NCBI GenBank assembly: GCA_040235475.1
Contig: JBECKY010000023.1
Location: 72 to 64,071 of the forward strand
Direction of reading: 5' to 3'
DNA length: 64,000 bases
Source: Pseudomonadales bacterium
GTDB taxonomy: Bacteria > Pseudomonadota > Gammaproteobacteria > Pseudomonadales > UBA3067
Of this stretch, positions 28,942 to 39,370 are shown one piece after another. The translations under genes and the position numbers were made by a program. Each line of letters begins with the position of its first letter. The first letter of the stretch is position 1. The notes under the pieces were generated by a model. The model worked only from the letters and a program-made list of their open reading frames with translations. It searched no databases and was not told the origin of the DNA.

Positions 28942-30141
28942 TTATAAGGTTGAGATAAAGCTTTGCATCCGGTTTGCAGCGGCTTGGCATTCGTCTATTG
29001 TCGCCACCAGCGCCATGCGGATCCTGTTTTGGCCGGGGTTTTCGCCCATGATGGTACGTGATAAAAACTGCCCTGGAAGTACCGTAATATTTTGTTGTTG
29101 GTAAAGTTGCTGTGCAAAGGACTGGTCATCTATGGGTGTTTTAGCCCAAAAATAAAATCCGCCCTCAGGGTATTCCAGCTGCAGCTGATTGCCCAGTATA
29201 TCATGGACAAGTTGAAATTTTTCCCGGTATAAATCGCGGTTTTTGCGCACGTGCTGCTCATCCTGCCAGGCAGAAATACTGGCAAGTTGTGTTGGCGTTG
29301 ACATGGCACAGCCATGATAAGTGCGGTATTTGAGAAAATCCTGAATCAATGCTGCATCGCCAGCAACAAAACCCGAGCGTAGCCCTGGCAGGTTGGAGCG
29401 TTTTGACAGGCTGTGGAAGACGACGCAACGCTTAAAGTCATCTCGACCCAATTCGGCGCAGGCCTGGAGTAGACCGATGGGCGGTTTGTCTTCATCAAGA
29501 TAGATTTCAGAATAGCATTCATCGGATGCGATGACAAAATCGTATTTATCAGCCAGTTCAATGAGTTGATGTAATTGTTTTGTACTGTAGACAGTTCCGG
29601 TAGGGTTGCCTGGCGAACATAAAAATAACAGCTGACAGTTTTTTAAGATTTGAACATCGATGTTGGACATGTCCGGGAAAAAGTTATTTTCTTCCCTGCA
29701 AGGCAGGTAGTAAGGTTTTGCACCTGCTAAAAAAGCCGCGCCTTCATAAATTTGGTAAAAAGGGTTTGGCATCAGCACCAGGGGTTCAGGTGCAGAACGG
29801 TCAACAATGGCCTGAGTGAAAGAAAATAAACCTTCTCTAGAACCATTTACCGGCAAGACATTGGTCTCAGGATTCAAGCTATTGGTATTAAGTTTGAAGC
29901 GTTGGCTAAGCCATTCAGACAGGGTTTGTCTTAATTCTTCAAGTCCTTTGGTGCTGGGGTAGATGCTGACCTGACCGAGTTGTTGTTGTAAGGTTTTAAG
30001 TACAAGCGCTGGAGGCGCGTGTTTGGGTTCGCCAATGGAAAGGGCGATGTGGGGTAAATTAACGGGCGCTTGAATACCCGCTTTCAAGTTGGCGAGCTGC
30101 TCAAACGGGTATGGCTTCAGCAGGTTTAGATCTTTATTCAT
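28942..30141 (-). CDS. dapC: succinyldiaminopimelate aminotransferase (class I PLP aminotransferase)
   Basis: 399 aa. PLP-lysine block SLSKRSNLPGLRSGF. Its position between glnD and dapD matches pseudomonads. Confidence 0.8.
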   Translation of the reverse strand: MNKDLNLLKPYPFEQLANLKAGIQAPVNLPHIALSIGEPKHAPPALVLKTLQQQLGQVSIYPSTKGLEELRQTLSEWLSQRFKLNTNSLNPETNVLPVNGSREGLFSFTQAIVDRSAPEPLVLMPNPFYQIYEGAAFLAGAKPYYLPCREENNFFPDMSNIDVQILKNCQLLFLCSPGNPTGTVYSTKQLHQLIELADKYDFVIASDECYSEIYLDEDKPPIGLLQACAELGRDDFKRCVVFHSLSKRSNLPGLRSGFVAGDAALIQDFLKYRTYHGCAMSTPTQLASISAWQDEQHVRKNRDLYREKFQLVHDILGNQLQLEYPEGGFYFWAKTPIDDQSFAQQLYQQQNITVLPGQFLSRTIMGENPGQNRIRMALVATIDECQAAANRMQSFISTL

Positions 30142-30185
30142 GTTCAGGTGTCTGAGTTTCAGTGTTAAGGCCCAGGTCGTTTTAT

Positions 30186-32888
30186 TCAGGGGTCAAGTGT
30201 GTCCAGTTGTTCAAGTAAGTCCTTTTCCAATTGTTTACTCAGCGGGGTGTTTCCAAAGGCCTGCTGGTTCTCGTCAACAAGAAAAAAAACATCTTCAATT
30301 CTTTCGCCAAGAGTGGCAATTTTGGCGTTAATTAATTCAACTTTATGGCGCATTAAAATAGCGCCAAACTTTGCTAAAAAGCCCGGCCTGTCTAAAGTAT
30401 TTAGTTCAAGGATAGTGTAAGGATGATTTTCACTGTCACGAATCACAACATTGGTTTTAATATCGAAATGTTTTAGTTGACGAGGTATGCGTCGATTGAC
30501 TATTTCCGGATAATTACTTTCATCAGCCAGTGCTGTCACCAGGCTTTCACGTATTTTTTGAATGCGGCCTGGATTATTGCCTATGGGTGAACCATCTTCT
30601 TCCAGCACTATATAAGTATCAAGGCTGAAGTTGGTTTGTGATGTCATAATTCTTGCATCAACAATATTGAGATGCAGGGTATCAAGAACCGCAACGGTAG
30701 CAGCAAATAAATTGTGCTTATCCTGGGTGTAAATAAAAATCTTGGTGCCGCCTTCGTATTTTAATTCATTGGTTTCCTGAATCAAGACCAAAGGGGTGGC
30801 TTTATTGCCGTGTTCAATAATGGCCTGGGTGTGCCAGGCAATATCGTTGGCATTGTTTCTTAAGAAATAATCATCACCAAGATGTTCCAAAATGGGTAAG
30901 GCCAGGGCGGAATAATTTTTTTTTGGTAGTTTCGACAGCTTGTAAAGCGCTTCCTGCCGGGTTTCTGCGATACGTTCAGTCTTGTCAATGGGGTTGCCCA
31001 GACCTCTTCGTAATGCGCGTTTGGTTGCAGAATAAAGTTGGCGCATCAAGGTTGCGCGCCAGCCATTCCACAGCTCAGGGTTGGTTGCACAGATGTCGGC
31101 AATGGTTAAAACATAGAGGTAATCAAGGTGTAATTCGTCCCCCATTCTTTCAGCAAATTTTTGAATAACATCAGGATCAGAGATGTCTTGTCTTTGTGCT
31201 GTTACCGACATAATCAGGTGGTTTTCCACCAGCCAGGCTAATAAACGGGTCTCAGATGTACTCAGGCCGTGTTGCTGTGCAAAGGCAATGGCATCTTTTG
31301 CGCCCAGTTCTGAATGATCACCGCCGCGACCTTTGCCAATATCATGAAACAGGCCAGAAAGATAAAGGATTTCGAGTTTCGGCAGTTCTTGAATCAGGAT
31401 GTGGGCGATTGGAAATTGTTGTTTTTGTTCCGGGTGACGGAAACGCCGCATGTTTTTTATAACTAATAGTGTATGAGCATCCACGGTATAAATATGAAAC
31501 AGATCGTACTGCATTTGCCCTATAACTTGGCCAAATGCAGGTAAATAGCGCCCCAGAACACCGTAGCGTTTCATTCGTCTTAGGACTGAAAACAGCGTGT
31601 CAGGATTTTTAAGCAGTTGCATAAATAGCCGGTTATTTTCCGGATTTTTTCGAAACTGCACGTCAATAAGGTGTCGGTGGTTTCTGATTTGTCGTATTGT
31701 TGCCGCGCACACATCCTGAATAGCTTTGTTATGCGCCATGAGTACAAATATTTCCAGCATCGCTGATGGCGTGTCATTAAAAACATTCTCATTGACGGTT
31801 TCGATCACCCCGTCTCTGATTTGGAAGCGCTCATTGATTGCGGTAAAGCTTTGCGTCATGCCTTGGTGAAATAAGGCTTCTTCAAAACTTTGCAAAATGA
31901 CGTCATTGAATTCTGAAACGGTTAAAGCTGAACGGTAGTACCGTTTCATAAATTGCTCTACAGCAAGATTTTTTTTGGTGTCTTGAAATCCAAATCTATC
32001 GGCAAGGTCTTTCTGATAATCGAACAGCAGCTTGTTTTCGTTACGTCCTGTGATGAGGTGTAGGTGATATCGAATTTGCCAAAGAAATTCTTCGCAAGCA
32101 CTTAGGGTTTCGAATTCATTTTCGGTGACCAGCCCGGGTTTGACAATATCCTTGAGTGCTCGAATGCCTAAAATACGCTTGGCTATCCAGCCAATCATTT
32201 GAATGTCTCGCAGCCCTCCTGGGGCTTTTTTTATATCGGGTTCAAGATTGTATTCAGTGTTGTTGTGTTTGTGGTGACGATGTTTTTGTTCCTTAAGTTT
32301 GGCGCTGAAAAAATCTTTGCTGGACCATATTTTGTCGGCAGCGGTTTGTACCATCATGGTTTCAAACAGGGTTTTGTCACCAATAATGCAGCGTGACTCC
32401 ATCAGGTTGGTGGCGATGGAAATGTCTTTTTTGGCATGTTCAAAACATTCTTCGGGAGTTCTTACCGCGTGACCAACATCAAGCCCTGCGTCCCATAGCA
32501 ATTGTAAAAAGCTTTCAATGTTGCTTTGTAGCGCATCGCGTTGATACTGTTCGGTAAGGATCAGGATATCTACATCAGAACATGGGTGGAGCTCTTCGCG
32601 TCCATAACCACCCACAGCTACCAAGGCAATATGTTGCATGTGTTCGCCAATAAAAAACTGCCAGAGCATGGACAGCACGTGATCAACCAGTTGTGCCCTT
32701 TGGTGTAACAGCGCAACAACCGATGCGCCTTGCAGGAACTGATCGTCGATATCACCTTGTTTGTCTTTTAAATACTGGCGTACGTATTGCGAAGGTACTT
32801 TGGTCTCTGCCAGCGCTTGGGTAAACTGCTCAAAGCTGGACAGCTTAAGAGGTTCGGGTGTGGGTGAATTTGTTTTCAGGGTAGGCAT
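30186..32888 (-). CDS. glnD: [protein-PII] uridylyltransferase/uridylyl-removing enzyme
   Basis: 900 aa. Nucleotidyltransferase motif GGYGREELHPCSDVDILIL, HD domain FHDIGKGRGGDHS, and two C-terminal ACT-like regions. It lies downstream of map. Confidence 0.95.
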   Translation of the reverse strand: MPTLKTNSPTPEPLKLSSFEQFTQALAETKVPSQYVRQYLKDKQGDIDDQFLQGASVVALLHQRAQLVDHVLSMLWQFFIGEHMQHIALVAVGGYGREELHPCSDVDILILTEQYQRDALQSNIESFLQLLWDAGLDVGHAVRTPEECFEHAKKDISIATNLMESRCIIGDKTLFETMMVQTAADKIWSSKDFFSAKLKEQKHRHHKHNNTEYNLEPDIKKAPGGLRDIQMIGWIAKRILGIRALKDIVKPGLVTENEFETLSACEEFLWQIRYHLHLITGRNENKLLFDYQKDLADRFGFQDTKKNLAVEQFMKRYYRSALTVSEFNDVILQSFEEALFHQGMTQSFTAINERFQIRDGVIETVNENVFNDTPSAMLEIFVLMAHNKAIQDVCAATIRQIRNHRHLIDVQFRKNPENNRLFMQLLKNPDTLFSVLRRMKRYGVLGRYLPAFGQVIGQMQYDLFHIYTVDAHTLLVIKNMRRFRHPEQKQQFPIAHILIQELPKLEILYLSGLFHDIGKGRGGDHSELGAKDAIAFAQQHGLSTSETRLLAWLVENHLIMSVTAQRQDISDPDVIQKFAERMGDELHLDYLYVLTIADICATNPELWNGWRATLMRQLYSATKRALRRGLGNPIDKTERIAETRQEALYKLSKLPKKNYSALALPILEHLGDDYFLRNNANDIAWHTQAIIEHGNKATPLVLIQETNELKYEGGTKIFIYTQDKHNLFAATVAVLDTLHLNIVDARIMTSQTNFSLDTYIVLEEDGSPIGNNPGRIQKIRESLVTALADESNYPEIVNRRIPRQLKHFDIKTNVVIRDSENHPYTILELNTLDRPGFLAKFGAILMRHKVELINAKIATLGERIEDVFFLVDENQQAFGNTPLSKQLEKDLLEQLDTLDP

Positions 32889-32896
32889 AGGGAATA

Positions 32897-33670
32897 TCAG
32901 CGGAAGTTTTCGTCTTCGCGAAGGGTGAAAACTTCGTAGCCGGTTTCAGTGACTGCAATGGTATGTTCCCATTGCGCAGAAAGTTTGCGGTCTTTGGTGA
33001 TTACGGTCCATTCATCAGGCAGCAATCTGGTATGGCGTTTGCCTTGATTTATCATCGGTTCAATAGTAAACGTCATGCCGGGCACCAGTTCCATGCCGGT
33101 GCCTGGTTTGCCGTAGTGTAAAACCTGGGGTTCTTCATGAAACACTTCGCCAATGCCATGCCCACAATATTCTCTAACCACTGAAAAGCGCTCAGTTTCT
33201 GCGTGTTTTTGAATAACTGCGCCAATATCGCCAAGCCGGATACCGGGTTTGACCATTTTAATGCCTTTGTACAAGCATTCCTGAGTAACCCGCACCAGGC
33301 GCTGGGCAATGACCGATGCTTTGCCAACAAAAAACATTTTACTGGTGTCACCGTGGAAGTTGTCTTTTATAACGGTAACGTCTATGTTGATGATATCGCC
33401 CTCTTTCAGCCGTTTATCATCAGCGGGAATGCCATGGCAAATAACGTGGTTCACCGAGGTGCAAATGGATTTTGGGAAGCCGTTGTAATTTAACGGGGCG
33501 GGGATAGCCTGATGCTCATTAACAATATAATCATGGCAGATTTGATCCAGCTCCCCGGTACTTACGCCTGGTTTGACATATTCTCCTATCATTTCCAGGG
33601 TTCTTGCGGCTATTCGGCCTGCGACTCGCATTTTTTCGAGTTGCTCAGGTGTTTTAATTGAAACGGGCAT
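32897..33670 (-). CDS. map: type I methionine aminopeptidase
   Basis: 257 aa. Metal ligands in the DIINIDVT, GHGIG and EHT contexts. Divergent from rpsB, as in other gammaproteobacteria. Confidence 0.95.
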   Translation of the reverse strand: MPVSIKTPEQLEKMRVAGRIAARTLEMIGEYVKPGVSTGELDQICHDYIVNEHQAIPAPLNYNGFPKSICTSVNHVICHGIPADDKRLKEGDIINIDVTVIKDNFHGDTSKMFFVGKASVIAQRLVRVTQECLYKGIKMVKPGIRLGDIGAVIQKHAETERFSVVREYCGHGIGEVFHEEPQVLHYGKPGTGMELVPGMTFTIEPMINQGKRHTRLLPDEWTVITKDRKLSAQWEHTIAVTETGYEVFTLREDENFR

Positions 33671-33890
33671 GGGCTAATGTTCGTAATTTATTGGAATTTG
33701 AATGTGCCCCCTGGATTATAATAAATGACATTGTATCAGCATTGCGCCTATCAAGGGGGCGCTGGCTATATAAAATCAATATGTTAGAACAGTACACCCA
33801 GGTGGAGGATATTTTCAGGCCATTATACGCCCAATAAGTGATGATGGGCCAGACAAGACGCCCGATAAGCGGTGAGAGCCCAGACAAGCA

Positions 33891-33919
33891 TTGTTGAAAT
33901 TGTTAAAATATGCTATAAA
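33891..33919 (+). promoter_or_regulatory. candidate extended -10 promoter for rpsB-tsf
   Basis: TTGTTG (33891-33896), a 17-nt spacer ending in TGC, then TATAAA (33914-33919). This gives TGnTATAAA, an extended -10. The E. coli rpsB promoter is remembered as the extended -10 type. Confidence 0.35.
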
Positions 33920-34185
33920 GCCGTCCTCCTGTTAAGACTACAAACTTGTGCTTAATTCAGGATTTCAGGAGAGAGTAACTAAGGTAGTGAAGTTACCAGT
34001 TGTTGGCAGTCAATGCTGAAAGCAGGTGGTTGATTTTGCTTTAAAATAACACACATACATCGACACATGATGTCGGGTGCTTTGGCTTTTCTGTAACTCA
34101 GGTTAAACCTGGGTTATTTCAGGAGTGCTGAGGTTGGCAGATGGGATGTATGGAGGCTTAACCCAAAACATTTAAAGGTTGAATT

Positions 34186-34971
34186 ATGACAAGCGTTACA
34201 ATGCGGGAAATGCTGAAGGCTGGTGTGCACTTCGGACATCAAACTCGTTACTGGAATCCTAAAATGGGCCAGTACATCTTTGGCGCACGCAACAAGATCC
34301 ACATTGTTAACCTGGAAATCACACTTCCAGCATTCAATGAAGCGTTAGCACTGGTTAAAAACAAAACCGCCAATAACAGCAAGGTTTTATTTGTTGGCAC
34401 CAAAAGGGCGGCCGCAAGTGTTATTCAAGAACAGGCCAGTCGAGCCGGCATGCCTTATGTTAATCATCGCTGGTTAGGTGGTATGTTGACTAACTACAAA
34501 ACCATTCGGCAATCGATTAAACGTTTAAAGGCACTGGAAGCTGCGGTTGCAGATGGAAGCCTGGAAAAGTTAACCAAGAAAGAAGCTTTGATGCGTAAGC
34601 GCGAAATGGAAAAGCTTGATCGCAGTCTTGGCGGTATTAAGGATATGGGTGGTTTGCCTGACGTGTTATTTGTGGTGGATGTTGATCACGAAAATATTGC
34701 AGTGGCAGAAGCCAATAAATTGGGTATTCCGGTTATTGGTATTGTCGATACTAATAGCAGCCCCGACGGCGTAGATTATGTAATTCCTGGCAACGATGAC
34801 GCCATTCGTGCTGTGGAGCTGTTTGTTACCAGCATGGCTGAGGCTTGCCTGGAAGGTCGTACTGAAGCCAAAGGTGGCGCCGTTATTGAAGCAGATGGTT
34901 TTGTTGAGATTGCTGCGGTAGAGGAAGATGCCCCTGAAGCGGAAGTGGTGCCAGAAGTTGCGGCTAAATAA
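34186..34971 (+). CDS. rpsB: 30S ribosomal protein S2
   Basis: 261 aa. [22 protein letters not shown] is the canonical S2 N-terminus. An acidic C-terminal extension is present. Confidence 0.97.
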   Translation: MTSVTMREMLKAGVHFGHQTRYWNPKMGQYIFGARNKIHIVNLEITLPAFNEALALVKNKTANNSKVLFVGTKRAAASVIQEQASRAGMPYVNHRWLGGMLTNYKTIRQSIKRLKALEAAVADGSLEKLTKKEALMRKREMEKLDRSLGGIKDMGGLPDVLFVVDVDHENIAVAEANKLGIPVIGIVDTNSSPDGVDYVIPGNDDAIRAVELFVTSMAEACLEGRTEAKGGAVIEADGFVEIAAVEEDAPEAEVVPEVAAK

Positions 34972-34996
34972 CATTGTTGCAAAATGAGTACTTTAG

Positions 34997-35022
34997 AAAA
35001 GGGGGCGTGGCCCCCTTTTTTT
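34997..35022 (+). terminator. rho-independent terminator/attenuator between rpsB and tsf
   Basis: GGGGGC (35001-35006) pairs with GCCCCC (35010-35015), followed by seven T residues and preceded by an A-run. Confidence 0.6.
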
Positions 35023-35106
35023 CAATGAAAAGATAGATTTTAATTATATTTGAGCCTTGATATAAAGCTTATCAGGGTTCTGCATCTTACAAGTGAGGGT
35101 AAGGCG

Positions 35107-35991
35107 ATGGCTGTAACAGCGATAATGGTTAAAGAGCTAAGAGAACGTACTGGCTTGGGTATGATGGATTGTAAAAAAGCCCTGACAGAAACAGATGGTG
35201 ATATTGAAGCGGCAATTGAAAACCTGCGTAAATCAGGTCAGGCAAAAGCTGCGAAAAAAGCGGGTCGTATTGCTGCTGAAGGCGCTGTCAGTATTGCGGT
35301 GATAAACGGCGGTAAATTAGGTGTGATGGTTGAGGTTAACAGTGAAACTGACTTTGTTGCCCGTGATGATAATTTTACAAATTTTGTTAATAAAGTAGTT
35401 ACTCGCGTTGGTGAAACCCGGGAAACAGATATTGAAAAATTAATGGCTTTGCCTGCTGAAGAGGGTGGTGATGTTTCCCTGGAAGATGCACGCTTGGCCC
35501 TGGTGCAAAAAATTGGTGAAAATATTCAGGTTCGTCGTGCCGTAGTGTTATCTGCAGAGGGCGTAGTGGGTGCTTACACTCATGGCAGTAGAATAGGCGT
35601 TTTGGTTGCCTTGAACGGCGGTGATGAAACCCTGGGTAAAGACGTTGCCATGCACGTGGCCGCGGCTAATCCTTTAGTGGTTAATCCTGAAGATATTTCT
35701 CAAGAGTTACTTGAGAAAGAGAAGGAAATTTTTGCTGCTCAAGCTAAAGAAAGTGGTAAGCCTGATAACATTATCGAAAAAATGATTGAAGGTCGAGTGA
35801 AAAAGTATCTGGCTGAAGTCAGCCTTGTTGAGCAGGTGTTCGTGAAAGACCCTGATATCAAAGTCGGTGCTTTGGTAAAAAAACAAGGTGCAGCAGTCAC
35901 AGAATTTATTCGCTTTGAAGTCGGTGAAGGTATTGAAAAGGACGTGGTGGATTTTGCAGAGGAAGTAAGAGCCCAGGTTGAGGGCGCTTAA
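35107..35991 (+). CDS. tsf: elongation factor Ts
   Basis: The start is trimmed to the ATG at 35107, after a [26 protein letters not shown] is the canonical EF-Ts N-terminus. Confidence 0.95.
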   Translation: MAVTAIMVKELRERTGLGMMDCKKALTETDGDIEAAIENLRKSGQAKAAKKAGRIAAEGAVSIAVINGGKLGVMVEVNSETDFVARDDNFTNFVNKVVTRVGETRETDIEKLMALPAEEGGDVSLEDARLALVQKIGENIQVRRAVVLSAEGVVGAYTHGSRIGVLVALNGGDETLGKDVAMHVAAANPLVVNPEDISQELLEKEKEIFAAQAKESGKPDNIIEKMIEGRVKKYLAEVSLVEQVFVKDPDIKVGALVKKQGAAVTEFIRFEVGEGIEKDVVDFAEEVRAQVEGA

Positions 35992-36052
35992 ACACACAAC
36001 AAGATTCAATCGCCAATAATAAACGCCATTAATAAACAGGAGCTTTGATCTA

Positions 36053-36778
36053 ATGCCAAAACCAGACAGTCAACCAAAATTTAACCGTATTTTGTTGAAA
36101 TTAAGCGGTGAAGCGCTGGCTGGTGGCATGGACTTTGGCATTGACCCTAAAGTTCTTGATGTTATGGCGCTTGAAATAGGTCAGTTAGTGGGTGTTGGTG
36201 TGCAGGTCGGCATTGTGATTGGTGGCGGTAATCTTTTCAGGGGAGCCGCTTTGCATGAGGCGGGCCTGGATCGGGTAGCCGGTGATCATATGGGTATGTT
36301 GGCTACGGTTATGAATGGTCTGGCTGTTCGTGATGCTTTGGAGAGGTCTAACATCGATTCGCGTTTGATGTCGGCTATTCCAATGAGCGGTATTGTCGAC
36401 CATTACGACCGGCGCCATGCCGTGCGTCATCTTAAAAACGGCGAAGTTGTTATCTTTGCCGGTGGCACTGGTAATCCGTTTTTTACCACAGACACAGCAG
36501 CCTGTTTGCGAGGTATTGAAATTGGGGCTGACCTGATTCTTAAAGCCACGAAAGTTGACGGTGTTTATACTGAAGATCCGATGAAAAACCCTGATGCTGA
36601 AAAATATGATACCTTAACGTATGCGGAGGTTTTGAATAAGAAGTTGGCTGTGATGGATCTCACGGCTATATGTCTTTGTCAGGACCATAATTTGCCTGTG
36701 CGGGTGTTTAATATGAATAAGCAGGGGGCATTGGCTAATTTGATTCAGGGTGGCGACGAAGGTACGTTGATTAGTTAG
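36053..36778 (+). CDS. pyrH: UMP kinase
   Basis: 241 aa. Contains [11 protein letters not shown] and GGGNLFRG. Confidence 0.95.
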   Translation: MPKPDSQPKFNRILLKLSGEALAGGMDFGIDPKVLDVMALEIGQLVGVGVQVGIVIGGGNLFRGAALHEAGLDRVAGDHMGMLATVMNGLAVRDALERSNIDSRLMSAIPMSGIVDHYDRRHAVRHLKNGEVVIFAGGTGNPFFTTDTAACLRGIEIGADLILKATKVDGVYTEDPMKNPDAEKYDTLTYAEVLNKKLAVMDLTAICLCQDHNLPVRVFNMNKQGALANLIQGGDEGTLIS

Positions 36779-36878
36779 TGCCTGTTTATGGATGGGTACT
36801 GGTTGGTGCTTGCTATTTTATTCCCAGATTAATAACAACCCATGCTTAAATTGTAAAGCGGATTAAAAAGGTGAACAT

Positions 36879-37436
36879 GTGATAAGTGAGATAAAACAAG
36901 ACGCTGAAGATAGAATGGAAAAAAGCATTGCTGCTGTTGAAACTGCGTTTAAAAAAGTCCGTACCGGGCGTGCTCACCCCAGTATTCTGGACAGTGTTAA
37001 GGTGCCTTATTACGGAACCGATACGCCGTTAAGCCAACTGGCTAATATTTCTGTAGAAGATGGCCGCAGTTTACTTATTTCTCCTTGGGAAAAACCCTTA
37101 ATTCCTGTTATTGAAAAGGCGATCATGAGCTCTGACCTGGGTTTGAACCCATCGTCAACAGGCGATATTATTCGTTTACCCATGCCACCACTGACGGAAG
37201 AAACCAGAAAAGATTTGATTCGTGTGGTTCGGCACGAAGCCGAGAACGGTCGCGTAGCTGTGCGTAATATTCGTCGTGACGCTATGAGCGATCTTAAAGA
37301 TTTACTGAAAGAAAGAGAAATCAGTGAGGATGAAGAAAGAAAAGCCCATGACGATATTCAAAAAATGACAGACAAATTCATTACTCAGGTAGAAGATCGG
37401 CTGAAGAAAAAAGAAGCTGAATTAATTGAAGTGTAA
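36879..37436 (+). CDS. frr: ribosome recycling factor
   Basis: 185 aa. GTG start, as in E. coli frr. Colinear with E. coli Frr ([16 protein letters not shown]...[13 protein letters not shown]). Confidence 0.95.
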   Translation: MISEIKQDAEDRMEKSIAAVETAFKKVRTGRAHPSILDSVKVPYYGTDTPLSQLANISVEDGRSLLISPWEKPLIPVIEKAIMSSDLGLNPSSTGDIIRLPMPPLTEETRKDLIRVVRHEAENGRVAVRNIRRDAMSDLKDLLKEREISEDEERKAHDDIQKMTDKFITQVEDRLKKKEAELIEV

Positions 37437-37592
37437 ACAGCACAAAGTAAACGGTTATTTAGAGTATCTGTATTACCTAACTAACAGGTACACATTAATT
37501 AGTCGATACTGAAAAATGAGCAACGAACTTAATTTGTGGAAAAAGGTTTATTTATACTTCAGGATTAACTAACTAATTACGGCAACCCTCTC

Positions 37593-38393
37593 GTGACACA
37601 TCAATCCCAGGCAGAGTCGTCTACTGGTTTAAGTAGTATTCCCCGTCATATCGCAATTATTATGGATGGCAATAACCGCTGGGCCCAAGCGCGCGGGCTT
37701 TCCAGTGCGAAAGGTCATGCCGCAGGTGTTGGTGCGCTGCGTGAGATTGTTCGAGCCTGTGCAGATTATGAAGCCATAGACATTCTAACGGTTTTTGCTT
37801 TTAGCAGTGAAAACTGGTCTCGTCCAAGTGGTGAAGTGGAAGCTTTGATGGGGCTGTTGTTGACCGCCTTGATCGAGGAGATTCCGGAACTGAATGAAAA
37901 CCATGTGCGCATGGAAATTATCGGTGATCGCAGTCATTTCAGTGAACAACTGCAATTGCAAATGGCTGAGGCAGAAGCGTTAACCTCTGGGAATAAAAAA
38001 ATGGTATTAGCCATTGCCCTGAATTATGGCGGTCAATGGGATATTGTTAATGCCGCGCGAAAACTGGCTGCAAAGGTTGAGCAGGGGGAGCTTAAGGCAG
38101 AAAGTATTTCCGAGGCCCAGTTTCAGCAACATCTATGTCTGGCCCAGTATCCCATGCCAGACCTGTGTATCAGAACCGGCAAAGAGCAGCGCCTCAGCAA
38201 TTTTTTATTATGGCAGTTGGCCTATGCTGAGTTGTATTTCTCTGATCAGTATTGGCCTGATTTTAGCCGGGAAGATTTGTATAATATTTTAGTTTGGTAT
38301 GAAAACCGTCAGCGTCGCTTTGGTGGGCGTGGCGAAGCAGAAAGTAAGCCAGTGGCAAGTTCAGCAGCCAACACAGGTTTGCCCAATGCTTAA
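37593..38393 (+). CDS. uppS: undecaprenyl diphosphate synthase
   Basis: 266 aa. GTG is the only start codon after the in-frame stop at 37566. Contains IMDGNNRWA and FSSENWSRP. Confidence 0.92.
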   Translation: MTHQSQAESSTGLSSIPRHIAIIMDGNNRWAQARGLSSAKGHAAGVGALREIVRACADYEAIDILTVFAFSSENWSRPSGEVEALMGLLLTALIEEIPELNENHVRMEIIGDRSHFSEQLQLQMAEAEALTSGNKKMVLAIALNYGGQWDIVNAARKLAAKVEQGELKAESISEAQFQQHLCLAQYPMPDLCIRTGKEQRLSNFLLWQLAYAELYFSDQYWPDFSREDLYNILVWYENRQRRFGGRGEAESKPVASSAANTGLPNA

Positions 38394-39210
38394 GCAACGA
38401 ATCCTAACCGCGATGATCCTCATTCCCGCTGTATTGGCCGCGATCTTCATGTTGCCATCTCAACACTTTGCCTGGGTGATGGCACTGGTGGTGCTTATTG
38501 CTGCCTGGGAATGGAGTGATATCATGGGTGTTGACAACCCTGTTAAACGCTTGGCGTACGTTTCCCTGATTGCACTGCTGCAGTTTGCAGTGTTTATGTT
38601 GCCCGGTGTGCTGACAGTGAATGTGTTAAGGGTTGATGTTTTTGTCATGGGCGTGGCCGTGCTCTGGTGGGGTCTGGCTTTTTGGTGGGTAATCAAGTTT
38701 CCACAAAGCAGCCTTCGCTGGGGGAGCCGTACTGGCATTAAAGCGCTGATGGGCCTGCTGGTTTTGATTCCAGCCTGGCTGGCGCTGGTGCGTTTGCAAG
38801 CCCAGAATCCGTGGTGGGTGATGTATGTAATGGCCATTGTCTGGGGTGCTGACACCGGAGCTTATTTTGTCGGACGAAGGTGGGGGCAACGTAAGCTTGC
38901 TCCCGAGGTTAGTCCTGGCAAGTCTGTTGAGGGGGTAGTGGGTGGTTTGCTTGTGACCACTATTCTTGCGCTTGTTGTTGCCGTTCAAATAGAGCTGACC
39001 CTTTCTAAGAGCTTGTTCTTTGTTGCATTAAGTGCTTTGGTCTGCCTGGTGTCTGTATTGGGGGATTTACTGGAAAGTATGATGAAGCGGCAGCGTGGAA
39101 TTAAAGACAGCGGCCACATTTTGCCAGGACACGGTGGAATTTTAGATAGAATTGATAGTCTTACTGCCGCCGCGCCAATATTTATGCTGGCATGGTATCT
39201 GATTTTTTAA
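38386..39210 (+). CDS. cdsA: phosphatidate cytidylyltransferase
   Basis: The start is trimmed to the ATG at 38386 (MLKQRILTAMILIP), giving an 8-nt overlap with uppS. Signature SMMKRQRGIKDSGHILPGHGGILDRIDS. Confidence 0.9.
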   Translation: MLKQRILTAMILIPAVLAAIFMLPSQHFAWVMALVVLIAAWEWSDIMGVDNPVKRLAYVSLIALLQFAVFMLPGVLTVNVLRVDVFVMGVAVLWWGLAFWWVIKFPQSSLRWGSRTGIKALMGLLVLIPAWLALVRLQAQNPWWVMYVMAIVWGADTGAYFVGRRWGQRKLAPEVSPGKSVEGVVGGLLVTTILALVVAVQIELTLSKSLFFVALSALVCLVSVLGDLLESMMKRQRGIKDSGHILPGHGGILDRIDSLTAAAPIFMLAWYLIF

Positions 39211-39370
39211 AGCCTGGGTTAGGTTGGGGGTGTGGCTTGGTGTAACATGGGCGGCCTAAATTATTCCTAAAACTCATGTGTCAATCCTGAAAAAACATGG
39301 CCAAAAGTAGACACTTTTAGACACAGGCTTTTACAGGATCAACTAAAATCCCCGATCATTGAGGAGAAGC

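Noticed and set aside
33654-33887. A 77-aa minus-strand ORF overlapping the map start and the map-rpsB intergenic region.
   Set aside because: It overlaps the map N-terminus out of frame, has no SD and has an odd composition. The region is better explained as divergent promoter and leader DNA.
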